A DNA stretch of 64,000 bases from Candidatus Acidiferrales bacterium (lineage in GTDB: Bacteria; Acidobacteriota; Terriglobia; Acidiferrales; UBA7541): contig JASHSV010000239.1 in the NCBI GenBank assembly GCA_030038535.1, positions 1,543 to 65,542 of the forward strand. Direction: 5' to 3'. Position 1 is the first letter of the stretch. Each line of letters opens with the position of its first letter. This document shows positions 27,787 to 35,812 of this stretch, one piece after another. The position numbers and the translations under genes are program-made. The notes below the pieces were generated by a model. That model was not told the DNA's origin, searched no databases, and saw only the letters and a list, made by a program, of their open reading frames with translations.

Positions 27787-29025
27787 GTGAGTGGAACCGC
27801 TCCTATTCCTAACAATTCGGAAAATCCGCGCCTGCAGCTCTCGGCTGAGGACGCATTCCTCGATCTGTTGATCGAGACTTTGCAGAATCTGGAGCGGCCG
27901 GTCCGCGCCCAATTTCTTCAAAAATTTCTGAAGGCCCTTGCGCAGGTGGAGCTGAGCGAAACCACCAGCCTCGAATTCTGGGACCAGATTCTCACGCGGC
28001 GCCGCGAACTTTCTGAGACTTTGTCGAAACCTGTCTCCTTGCAGACCGCGCTGGTGGACGTGCTGGCCTCTTCCAACTTCCTTCGGATGCCGATCCTCAT
28101 GGAATATGAGGATCTCAAGAAACTCCAAATCAACGCGGCGACAGATGCGCTTACAGGCCTCTACAACCGCAGGTTGTTCGAGGAATATTTCGCCAAGGAA
28201 CTGGTTCGCGCCAAGCGTCACAACCAGCACGTGGCCTTGATCATCATGGATCTGCACTGCTTTAAGGCGGTGAACGATCGTCATGGCCACCTTCAGGGAG
28301 ATCACGTTCTGCAACTGGCCGCCAGCACCCTGAGAAAGACGCTTCGCACCTCCGATTACGCCTTTCGAATCGGAGGCGATGAGTTCGCGCTGTTGCTGAC
28401 TCATTCCGATCCAATCCAGGCCGCGACGCTGGGCCGCCGCGTACGCGCGAATTACGCCGCAGCCATTGCACCTTTGGGCCTCGATGTGCCCCTAGCGCTG
28501 GATTTTGGCGTCGCCGTTTTTCCCGCTGACGGCGACAACAAGGACACATTGATTCGCCTGGCCGATGAGCGTCTGTACGAGCTCAAGAATGCGACGCGCG
28601 GCCAGCCGGCTCCGTCTCCAACTCCCACCGCGCGCGTCATTCCCATGGAACCGCCTTCCTCGCGCGAGGCTGCGCCTGCTCCGCACCCCCCACATCCCCC
28701 GGCGTTCACCGCTCCCGCTGTCCAGCCCGCCGCGTTTCCGCCGGCGCCGCGCGGCAGCGAACGCCGGAAGTGGGAACGCGTCTCGCTGGTCGGCACGCGC
28801 GCCCACGCCGTGATCGGCGAAGCAAATGAGCTGACCGCTCGTGTTGTGGACATGAGTTATGGCGGCGTGGCGTTGCTCGTCGATCACGCCGACAAACTAC
28901 CGACTGTCTTTCCTGCAGTTCTGCACGTTCCCATTCTTCCACCGGTGAAAGTGAGTTTGCGAAAGTCGTATGTGGAGCCCGCCGAAGGCCAGAAGTTCCG
29001 CGTCGGTTGCGCCTTTCTTCCCTGA
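27787..29025 (+). CDS. diguanylate cyclase (GGDEF with I-site) fused to a C-terminal PilZ domain
   Basis: The GGDEF domain reads DALTGLYNRRLF...DLHCFKAVNDRHGHLQGD...RTSDYAFRIGGDEF, with RxxD 5 residues before GGDEF. A Pro-rich linker follows, then a PilZ domain with RRKWER and DMSYGG. Confidence 0.85.
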   Translation: MSGTAPIPNNSENPRLQLSAEDAFLDLLIETLQNLERPVRAQFLQKFLKALAQVELSETTSLEFWDQILTRRRELSETLSKPVSLQTALVDVLASSNFLRMPILMEYEDLKKLQINAATDALTGLYNRRLFEEYFAKELVRAKRHNQHVALIIMDLHCFKAVNDRHGHLQGDHVLQLAASTLRKTLRTSDYAFRIGGDEFALLLTHSDPIQAATLGRRVRANYAAAIAPLGLDVPLALDFGVAVFPADGDNKDTLIRLADERLYELKNATRGQPAPSPTPTARVIPMEPPSSREAAPAPHPPHPPAFTAPAVQPAAFPPAPRGSERRKWERVSLVGTRAHAVIGEANELTARVVDMSYGGVALLVDHADKLPTVFPAVLHVPILPPVKVSLRKSYVEPAEGQKFRVGCAFLP

Positions 29026-29032
29026 GCGCAGC

Positions 29033-29043
29033 GCTTGGAAATC
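29033..29043 (+). repeat. direct repeat copy 1 (GCTTGGAAATC)
   Basis: This 11-mer is identical to the one at 29253..29263. A TAGCCG hexamer lies next to both copies. Confidence 0.5.
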
Positions 29044-29252
29044 CGCTAGCCGACTCTTCTCGAGACACACCAACGCAATCCGGCACGTTTCACGGAGTGG
29101 GTTTGGAAGGCTGGAATCGGAACAGTTCGTGTCTTGCGAGGTTCGCCAAACAAATTGAGAAGAGTGAAAATATTTTCCTATTCTCGACGAGCTGTCTCGT
29201 GCCGCCCGGTCCGCAGACTCAAAGATACCTCGGTTCCAGATCTCTCCTAGCC

Positions 29253-29263
29253 GCTTGGAAATC
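29253..29263 (+). repeat. direct repeat copy 2 (GCTTGGAAATC)
   Basis: This 11-mer is identical to the one at 29033..29043, and it is preceded by TAGCC. Confidence 0.5.
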
Positions 29264-29307
29264 AAGGAGTTAAGAAATGCCGGATGGAAGCGGTCAGAAT
29301 GCGATAG

Positions 29308-30441
29308 ATGGTTCTCGGAGTGCATAGTGGTTGGGTAGCCCAAGGTCTATCCAGGCTTGAACGTGACAGACTTCGGGCAGCCGCACTGGAGGGTCGGAAG
29401 GTCGTGGCCAAGATTCAACCCCTTGCTGTCGTAGCCGAGTCGCACCGGAACGGGCACATCCCGGCCGAAGTGCTGTTCGGCGGGACGGAAGAAATGCAAC
29501 GCATCCGCCGAACCATCGAGCGGGTGGCCAGCGTGCGCGTGCCCGTGCTAATCCGCGGAGAGAGCGGCAGCGGGAAGGAAGTGGTCGCCGCGTACCTGCA
29601 TCACATGGCGCCCTGGCGCGACAAACCGCTGGTGAAGGTGAATTGCGCGGCCATCCCGGGGCAACTGCTGGAATCAGAGCTGTTCGGCTACGAAAAGGGA
29701 TCGTTCACCGGGGCCTACAACAGCCGCCCAGGCAAATTCGAGGTGGCCCACGGTGGCACCGTCGTGCTCGACGAGATTGCCGAGATCGATTCCAATCTGC
29801 AAGCCAAGCTGCTGCAAGTGCTGCAGGACGGCTGCTTCAGCCGTATCGGAGACCTCGAAGAACGGCGGGTGGACGCGCGCATCGTTTCGATCTCGAACAA
29901 AGATGTCGAGAGCGAAATGACGCGCGGGGCCTTCCGCGAAGACCTGTTCTACCGGATTAATGTGGTCAACGTGCAGTTGCCGCCCCTGCGGCGCAGGCGC
30001 GAGGATATTCCTGCGCTGATCGAGCATTTTCTGGATTATTACTGCGAGCGGTACGAACGTCCCCGGCCGCAATTACCGGCCGCGGTGGTGACGCGGTTCG
30101 AGCAGCACCACTGGCCGGGCAACGTGCGCGAGCTGGAAAACTACGTGAAGCGCTTCGTCATCTTGGATTCGGCCGAATCGATCCTCGAGGAACTGGAGGA
30201 GCGGAGTCGCGGGGCGCAAAACGGCACGTTCCAGTTGCCGCCGATCCAGGACTTTTCACTCAAGAAGTTCGCCAAACGGGCCAGCCAACACGCCGAGCAC
30301 GTGATGATCCTCGAAGCGCTAAAGCAGACGCGGTGGAACCGCAAACGAGCCGCGACGATGCTGGGCATCAGCTATCGGGCGCTGCTCTACAAAATCAAGG
30401 AAGCCGGAATCCCGCCCAAAAAGCGCCCGAGCGAAGCCTGA
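29308..30441 (+). CDS. sigma-54-dependent transcriptional activator without a sensory/receiver domain (AAA+ - HTH)
   Basis: The AAA+ core begins about 55 aa from the start. It has GESGSGKE, ESELFGYEKGSFTGA (a GSFTGA variant of GAFTGA), VLDEI and WPGNVRELEN. The HTH is AATMLGISYRALLYKI. Confidence 0.85.
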   Translation: MVLGVHSGWVAQGLSRLERDRLRAAALEGRKVVAKIQPLAVVAESHRNGHIPAEVLFGGTEEMQRIRRTIERVASVRVPVLIRGESGSGKEVVAAYLHHMAPWRDKPLVKVNCAAIPGQLLESELFGYEKGSFTGAYNSRPGKFEVAHGGTVVLDEIAEIDSNLQAKLLQVLQDGCFSRIGDLEERRVDARIVSISNKDVESEMTRGAFREDLFYRINVVNVQLPPLRRRREDIPALIEHFLDYYCERYERPRPQLPAAVVTRFEQHHWPGNVRELENYVKRFVILDSAESILEELEERSRGAQNGTFQLPPIQDFSLKKFAKRASQHAEHVMILEALKQTRWNRKRAATMLGISYRALLYKIKEAGIPPKKRPSEA

Positions 30442-30634
30442 TCCGTAGATTTTCCTCCGACCGCTCCACGCGTTCCGCGAACCGCGGTTGTGCCGCAGGA
30501 ACCGTGAGCAGTCGAACTCTTCCTGCTCGGCCCCCGCCCGTGCTAGCTTTCTCGTTCAGTTTCCCGAAAGTGCCGCAGGTGAGCTGGAAAACGACGTGGC
30601 GGCTCCAACTGTCAGCGCGGAAAAGAACCGGGCG

Positions 30635-31396
30635 ATGACTTTCGCCTTGGCCCCGGCCAAACTGTCGGTCGTGATTCCCGTTTACAACGAAAAGGACTTT
30701 ATCCAGGAAATCCTGCGGCGCGTGCAGGAGACGCCTTACGAGAAAGAAATCGTGATCGTGGACGATTACTCGACCGACGGCACGCGCGAATGGCTCAAGC
30801 AGGTGGCCGGCTACCAGGCGCTGGGAAAACCGGAAATCGGCATCCTGGACGACAAGGCCCAACTGCCGATCGCCAACCTGCGCATCCTCTTTCAGGAGAA
30901 AAACCAGGGAAAGGGCGCGGCGCTGCGCCGCGGGTTTGCGGAAGCCACAGGGCAGGTGGTGATCGTGCAGGACGCCGACCTTGAATACGACCCGAAGGAT
31001 TATCCCAAGCTGCTCGAACCTATTCTGGATGGCCGCGCGGACGTCGTGTTTGGCTCGCGATTCTTGGGCGGGCCGCAGCGGGTGCATTTCTTCTGGCACT
31101 TTGTGGCCAATAGCCTGCTCACGCTGCTTTCCAACATGCTCACCAACCTGAAGCTCAGCGACATGGAGACGGGTTACAAAGCTTTCAGTATCGAGGTAGT
31201 GCGCGGGATGAAGTTAAAGTCGAATCGCTTCGGCTTCGAGCCGGAAGTGACGGCGCGCGTGGCCAAAGGCAAATGGCGCGTGTTCGAGGTGCCCATCTCG
31301 TATTACGGCCGAACGTACGCCGAAGGGAAAAAGATTACATGGCGCGACGGAATCCTCGCGCTGTGGTTCGTGGTTCGCTACAACCTGTTCGGATGA
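30635..31396 (+). CDS. family 2 glycosyltransferase
   Basis: The inner ATG at 30635 gives LSVVIPVYNEKDFI...IVIVDDYSTDGT...IVQDADLEYDP, typical GT2 (DPM1-like) motifs. Confidence 0.85.
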   Translation: MTFALAPAKLSVVIPVYNEKDFIQEILRRVQETPYEKEIVIVDDYSTDGTREWLKQVAGYQALGKPEIGILDDKAQLPIANLRILFQEKNQGKGAALRRGFAEATGQVVIVQDADLEYDPKDYPKLLEPILDGRADVVFGSRFLGGPQRVHFFWHFVANSLLTLLSNMLTNLKLSDMETGYKAFSIEVVRGMKLKSNRFGFEPEVTARVAKGKWRVFEVPISYYGRTYAEGKKITWRDGILALWFVVRYNLFG

Positions 31397-31519
31397 GGCA
31401 TAGTGAGCCGTGCGTCCGGCGAACTGGGCCAGAAACGGCAGGCTACACAGCGATCGCTGAATCTGCCCGCCGCGGCGCGCTCCCTTCACCAAAGACTGCA
31501 GGGTAGGCGGAACGGCAGC

Positions 31520-33604
31520 TTACGGGGACGAGCGTTTTCGGGCGATCACCATGATGTTGTCGCCGAAATCGATCGTCACGTAAAGCGATCCAAAAGGCAG
31601 GGCGAGCAGCCTGAACAGCGGCGCAACCGGCGTGAGCACCGCCGCAGCCTTCTCCAGAAAATAGCGAAGCGAAACAATGCGCTTGACGCGCTCGATCTCC
31701 ATCACTTCGAACCCGGCCTTCTCAAGCATTTGCGCCAGAGTGCCGCGCGTAAAGTAATACAGGTGCATGCGCATGAACCACGGCCAGCGCCGGCCGCACA
31801 TTTTGGCGTAGAGCGAACCGGTATCCATGGTGGTGAGAGCGAAAATGCCTCCGGGCTTGACGAGCGCGTGGATTTCGCGAAGCTGGCCGAGCGGACCGTG
31901 CAAATGCTCGATCACATCCCAGAGGGTGACAACCTCGAACGATTCGGGCGGAAGATTGCTGCGGCGCAGCGGTGCGTTGACCACCTCGTGCCCACGTTCT
32001 CGAGTGCGCGCCGCAGCCCAGGCGCTGGGTTCGACGCCGGCAGTCTGCCAGCCGCGGGCGCGCGCCACGTCGAGGAAAACGCCCAGGTAGCAGCCCACGT
32101 CGAGCACGCGGCCGGGCGGACGGCAATATTTCTCGATGGCGGGCATCATGGCCGTGTAAGTGCGGACGCGTCCTTCCCTCTCGCGCTCGTAAACGGCGTC
32201 TTCCACCTGCTCGTAGCGGGTCTCGATGACCTCTTCGGGCTCTCGCGGCGACTCGTAGAGCAGTCCGCACGCGCTGCATTGCACGATGTTTGTAAAATCG
32301 CCGTGCTGAAGGCTGGTGCAGCGGAAGGCCTGCTCGGAGAGGGCAGAGGCCGAGGTTGCGCGGCCGGCGTACAGCACCTTGAATTCCTTCGAACCGCAGA
32401 GATCACACGGCACGTACATCATGCCCGCCGCGCGTCCGACCGGAGTGGGCGGCTGCGCCACTTTCGAAAGCAGCCTGCGGTCCCACCACGCGGCCCAGGT
32501 AACGTTGGAATTCATCAGGAAATTCCACAGGCCGCCGGCGAGCACGCCGAACACGATGCTCCATCCAAAATCGAAATGCAGGCCGTAATGCAGCGCGCCA
32601 ATCGCGGCGAGGTTGATGACCACGCCAGTGAAGGAGAATGCGCAGAACTTGAAAAACCGGATGAGCAGTTGCGGGACGCCGGGCTGGGCGCGATGCGCGT
32701 CGTGAAAGGTGAACATCTCGTTCCAGACGAAATTGTTGCCCATGGCGATGCCCGCGCCGCCGAGCGCAGCAGCGGGCAGCGGCCAATCGAGGCGCGAAAG
32801 AAACACGCCGAGGGTCATGGCCACGTTGATAACCGCGCCGCTCGTGCCTACGAGGGCATAACGCGCCAGGCGCGCCGCTTCACCCGAATCGATGGAGATG
32901 CGGATGAGGTGGGCGAGGTACTGCACGGCCGTTCGCGCGCTCATCTTGCTGCCGCCCAAAGCGCGCTCTTCGAATACGTAAGGTACTTCGGCCACTTGGG
33001 TGTAATCACCGCGAGCGAGAACCTCCAGCAGGATCTTGTAGCCGATGGGATTTAGCGCGGTGCGGCCGATCACCTGCGCGCGCAGCAGGAAAAAGCCCGA
33101 CATGGGGTCAGAGACTTTTCCGAGCGTGCCCGGCAGTATCCCCGCGGCCATCAGCGTCGCGGTCCAAGAGACGAAGCGGCGCCAGAGGCTCCATTGGCTG
33201 ACGCCGCCCCCGGCCACGTGACGGCTGCCCACTACCACGTCGGCAGGCACGCTGCGCAGCTCCGCGAGCATATGCGGGAGAAGCTCGGGCGTGTGTTGCA
33301 GGTCGGCATCCATGCAGCCGAGGACGTCGCCGCGCGCAATGCGCCATCCGGCGACAACGGCGGTGGAGAGATCGCGCTCGTATTTGCGGACAAGCAGGCG
33401 CAGCCAGGGACGGCCTTCCGCAGCGAGCCGCAGGACCTCGTCGCCGGTACCGTCCGGGCTGCCGTCGTCAACGATGATGAGCTCGTACTCCTCGCCGCAC
33501 TGCGCCAGGGCCGCTCCCGTGCGCTCCACAAGGCGCGCGATGCTGGCACGCTCGTTGTACGTGGGAACGACGAGGGAAATCATGCCCGAATCCCAGAGCG
33601 CCAC
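31520..33604 (-). CDS. three-module fusion: GT2 (polyprenol-phosphate glycosyltransferase-like) - GtrA-like membrane domain - zinc-ribbon/class I SAM methyltransferase
   Basis: The N-terminal module has ISLVVPTYNE...IIVDDGSPDGT...CMDADLQH. The middle module has 4 TM helices with the GtrA-like pattern (RYALVGTSGAVINV...NFLMNSNVTW). The C-terminal module has CDLCGS...CSACG followed by VLDVGCYLGVF...FEVVTLWDVIEH. The start is either GTG at 33604 or ATG at 33583. Confidence 0.8.
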   Translation of the reverse strand: MALWDSGMISLVVPTYNERASIARLVERTGAALAQCGEEYELIIVDDGSPDGTGDEVLRLAAEGRPWLRLLVRKYERDLSTAVVAGWRIARGDVLGCMDADLQHTPELLPHMLAELRSVPADVVVGSRHVAGGGVSQWSLWRRFVSWTATLMAAGILPGTLGKVSDPMSGFFLLRAQVIGRTALNPIGYKILLEVLARGDYTQVAEVPYVFEERALGGSKMSARTAVQYLAHLIRISIDSGEAARLARYALVGTSGAVINVAMTLGVFLSRLDWPLPAAALGGAGIAMGNNFVWNEMFTFHDAHRAQPGVPQLLIRFFKFCAFSFTGVVINLAAIGALHYGLHFDFGWSIVFGVLAGGLWNFLMNSNVTWAAWWDRRLLSKVAQPPTPVGRAAGMMYVPCDLCGSKEFKVLYAGRATSASALSEQAFRCTSLQHGDFTNIVQCSACGLLYESPREPEEVIETRYEQVEDAVYEREREGRVRTYTAMMPAIEKYCRPPGRVLDVGCYLGVFLDVARARGWQTAGVEPSAWAAARTRERGHEVVNAPLRRSNLPPESFEVVTLWDVIEHLHGPLGQLREIHALVKPGGIFALTTMDTGSLYAKMCGRRWPWFMRMHLYYFTRGTLAQMLEKAGFEVMEIERVKRIVSLRYFLEKAAAVLTPVAPLFRLLALPFGSLYVTIDFGDNIMVIARKRSSP

Positions 33605-33733
33605 ATGGCGGGTAGTATAAGGGACAGTGGCGAGTGGCGAATGGCCGGTGGCAACCGGAATGATTCGAATTGCGAAACTCGATATGCGGAATATCGAAGA
33701 ACGGGTCGGAAAAAAGAAGACAACAAGCCGGCG

Positions 33734-34762
33734 CTACGAAGAGGCGGCGGAGGGTTCGGCGCGATTCAGCACGACGCCGAGCAAGTGCTTCTCGCGCAGT
33801 TCGCGGGTGACGCTCTGGGCGAGGTCGTAAGGCGTTTTTCCACCTTGCACGACGAGCAGAACGCCGTCGCACCATCCGGCGATTTCGAGAGCGTCGCAAA
33901 CAGGCGCGGCCGCAGCCGAGTCCAGGAGAATCCAGTCGAACAGCGAAGCGGCCTGTGCTAACAGAGTTTTCAGTTTGCCAGCAGCCAGCAACTCGGCGGG
34001 GTCTTGTGCGGCTTTGCCCGCCGGAATCAGAAAAAGATTCTGATGCGGGCCGCGCTGCAAGACTTTTTCCAACTCAGTTTCGCCGCGGAGATAGGAAATG
34101 AGCCCGGGCTCGGAGGGCGCGCCGAGCAGGGAGTGTAGGCCCGGGGCGCGGAGTTGGGCGTCGATCAACAGGACGCGCCGGTCGCTCTGGCGGGCCAAGG
34201 CGTAGGCCAAATTGGCGCAGATGAAGGATTTTCCCTCGCCCGGCATGGCGCTGGTGACGAGCACGGACTTGAGTGGGCGCGCCTCGCGGAACTGGTAGAG
34301 GCGCGAGCACAGGGTCCGTAGCTGTTCCGTGGCGCCGGCATGGCCGACGCCGCTCAGAAAGAGGAGCTTCGAGACGTCCTCGTGCCAATGCGCGCGGCGG
34401 CAGGACGACAGCAGCGACCTTGCCGACGCGGGCGGGCAAGCAGCGTCAGCGACTGCGGCGGGAGCGGCCGGCCGCGGAGGAACGGCGACCGGGGCTGCAC
34501 TAGCAACGGGAGGAGGAACGGGAGCGGTTGCCGCAGCGATGGCAGCGGCAACCGGCGTAATTGCAGCGGAGGAGGGAGGATGGGCCGTCGCCGGCGCTGC
34601 GGCCGCTGCGGTGGCGGCAGTTTCGCGCCCCGGACAGCGAGCCGCGTCAGGATGCGCGACGGGAGCGGAGGTGGGCGGCGCCTGCACCTCTTCCTGAACA
34701 GGGCGAACGGGCCTGCCCTTTTCGCGTTCGGCGCGCTTGAGCGCTTCGTGTATCCGGCTCAT
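33734..34762 (-). CDS. BY-kinase-like P-loop ATPase (CpsD/CapB / XrtA-associated tyrosine autokinase-like), atypical
   Basis: The N-terminus MSRIHEALKRAEREKG is followed by a roughly 100-aa Ala/Pro-rich tract. It has Walker A (SAMPGEGKS), Walker A' (VLLIDAQLR) and Walker B (DWILLDSAA). There is no C-terminal Tyr cluster. Confidence 0.7.
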   Translation of the reverse strand: MSRIHEALKRAEREKGRPVRPVQEEVQAPPTSAPVAHPDAARCPGRETAATAAAAAPATAHPPSSAAITPVAAAIAAATAPVPPPVASAAPVAVPPRPAAPAAVADAACPPASARSLLSSCRRAHWHEDVSKLLFLSGVGHAGATEQLRTLCSRLYQFREARPLKSVLVTSAMPGEGKSFICANLAYALARQSDRRVLLIDAQLRAPGLHSLLGAPSEPGLISYLRGETELEKVLQRGPHQNLFLIPAGKAAQDPAELLAAGKLKTLLAQAASLFDWILLDSAAAAPVCDALEIAGWCDGVLLVVQGGKTPYDLAQSVTRELREKHLLGVVLNRAEPSAASS

Positions 34763-34867
34763 TGGCCGAAAGTGCTCACTCCTTCCCTAAGAATGCGGCA
34801 ACCACCTTGGCGCCGCGAACACTCCAAGCCGGCACGACTGTGCCGTGTGCCCCCAGAGCCACCATCC

Positions 34868-35794
34868 TCAACTCGGCCGCCGCAACCGGTCCACAAGCGT
34901 CGCCAGATTCTGGAGCGCCTCCATCAGACTGGCGTTCTCGCCCGTGGGGCCGGGGGTTTCCACGGGCTGGGCGATGGGATCGATGCGGTGCAGATCGAAC
35001 TCGCGGGCCACCTCGTCAATGGTGCCCACCTGGACGGGCCGCTTCTGGTCCACGAAGGCGCTGATAAGCGCGTGCTCGCACAGCAGATTGACCACGCGAG
35101 GAATCCCGCGCGCGTAGCGGTGCGCGGCCTCGACCGCCTCCGGCGAAAAAATGGGGGCACCGGCGGCGCCGGCCACGCGCAGGCGCTCCTGGATATAGCC
35201 CGCAGTCTCCTCCATGGTGAGCGGATAGGTGCGGCACCGCAGCGTGATGCGCTGCCGCAACTGGCGGAGGCCGGGCAGGTTGAGCTTGTGCTCGAGCTCG
35301 GGCTGGCCGGAGAGCACAATTTGGAGCAACTTCTCGGTGGAGGTCTCGAGATTGGTGAGCAGCCTGATTTCCTCGAGGACCTGCTCGGAAAGATTTTGCG
35401 CCTCGTCCACGATGAGCACGGCGGTTTCGCCGGCACGGTAGCGTTCGAGGAGCCACTGGTTGAGGCGGATGAGCACCTGGCTCTTGAGACGCGTGTCACA
35501 GGCAATGCCGAAGTCGGCCATCATGAAATCGAGAAATTGGGTCACGTTGAGGCGGGAGTTGAATACGAAGGCGGTGGCCAGACTCTGCTCGTGCAGCCAA
35601 TCGAGCAATTTGTTGAGGAGCGTGGTCTTGCCGGTGCCCACTTCGCCAGTAAGCGTGATGAAGCCCTTGCGCGCCTGGATGCCGTAGGTGAGTACGGCAA
35701 AGGCCTCCTCCGTGTGCCGCGTCGAGAATAGATAGCGCGGGTCGGGGTTGACGTTGAAGGGATTTTCGCGAAGGCCGAAAAATTTCTTGTACAT
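34868..35794 (-). CDS. ExeA-like AAA ATPase (XrtA/PEP-CTERM system-associated ATPase type)
   Basis: The ATG at 35794 gives MYKKFFGLRENPFNVNPDPRYLF. It has Walker A (GEVGTGKTT) and Walker B (VLIVDEAQNL). Confidence 0.8.
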   Translation of the reverse strand: MYKKFFGLRENPFNVNPDPRYLFSTRHTEEAFAVLTYGIQARKGFITLTGEVGTGKTTLLNKLLDWLHEQSLATAFVFNSRLNVTQFLDFMMADFGIACDTRLKSQVLIRLNQWLLERYRAGETAVLIVDEAQNLSEQVLEEIRLLTNLETSTEKLLQIVLSGQPELEHKLNLPGLRQLRQRITLRCRTYPLTMEETAGYIQERLRVAGAAGAPIFSPEAVEAAHRYARGIPRVVNLLCEHALISAFVDQKRPVQVGTIDEVAREFDLHRIDPIAQPVETPGPTGENASLMEALQNLATLVDRLRRPS

Positions 35795-35812
35795 GAGTTC
35801 TCTGCGCCTCAA

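Noticed and set aside
28897-29343. 148-aa ORF on the minus strand spanning the GGDEF-PilZ / activator intergenic region.
   Set aside because: It overlaps the ends of both neighbouring genes. It has no RBS, no recognisable motif and atypical composition. The region is more likely a regulatory leader.
31403-33055. Very long ORFs on the strand opposite to well-supported genes. Examples: 31403-33055 (+, 550 aa), 44028-45587 (-, 519 aa), 6312-7802 (-, 496 aa), 14332-15537 (+, 401 aa), 34340-35731 (+, 463 aa), 35852-36904 (+, 350 aa), 880-1962 (-, 360 aa).
   Set aside because: Their translations are Arg/Gly/Ala/His/Pro-rich with no motifs, while the opposite strand shows clean domain signatures. 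Shadow ORFs of this kind are expected in high-GC DNA because stop codons are rare.
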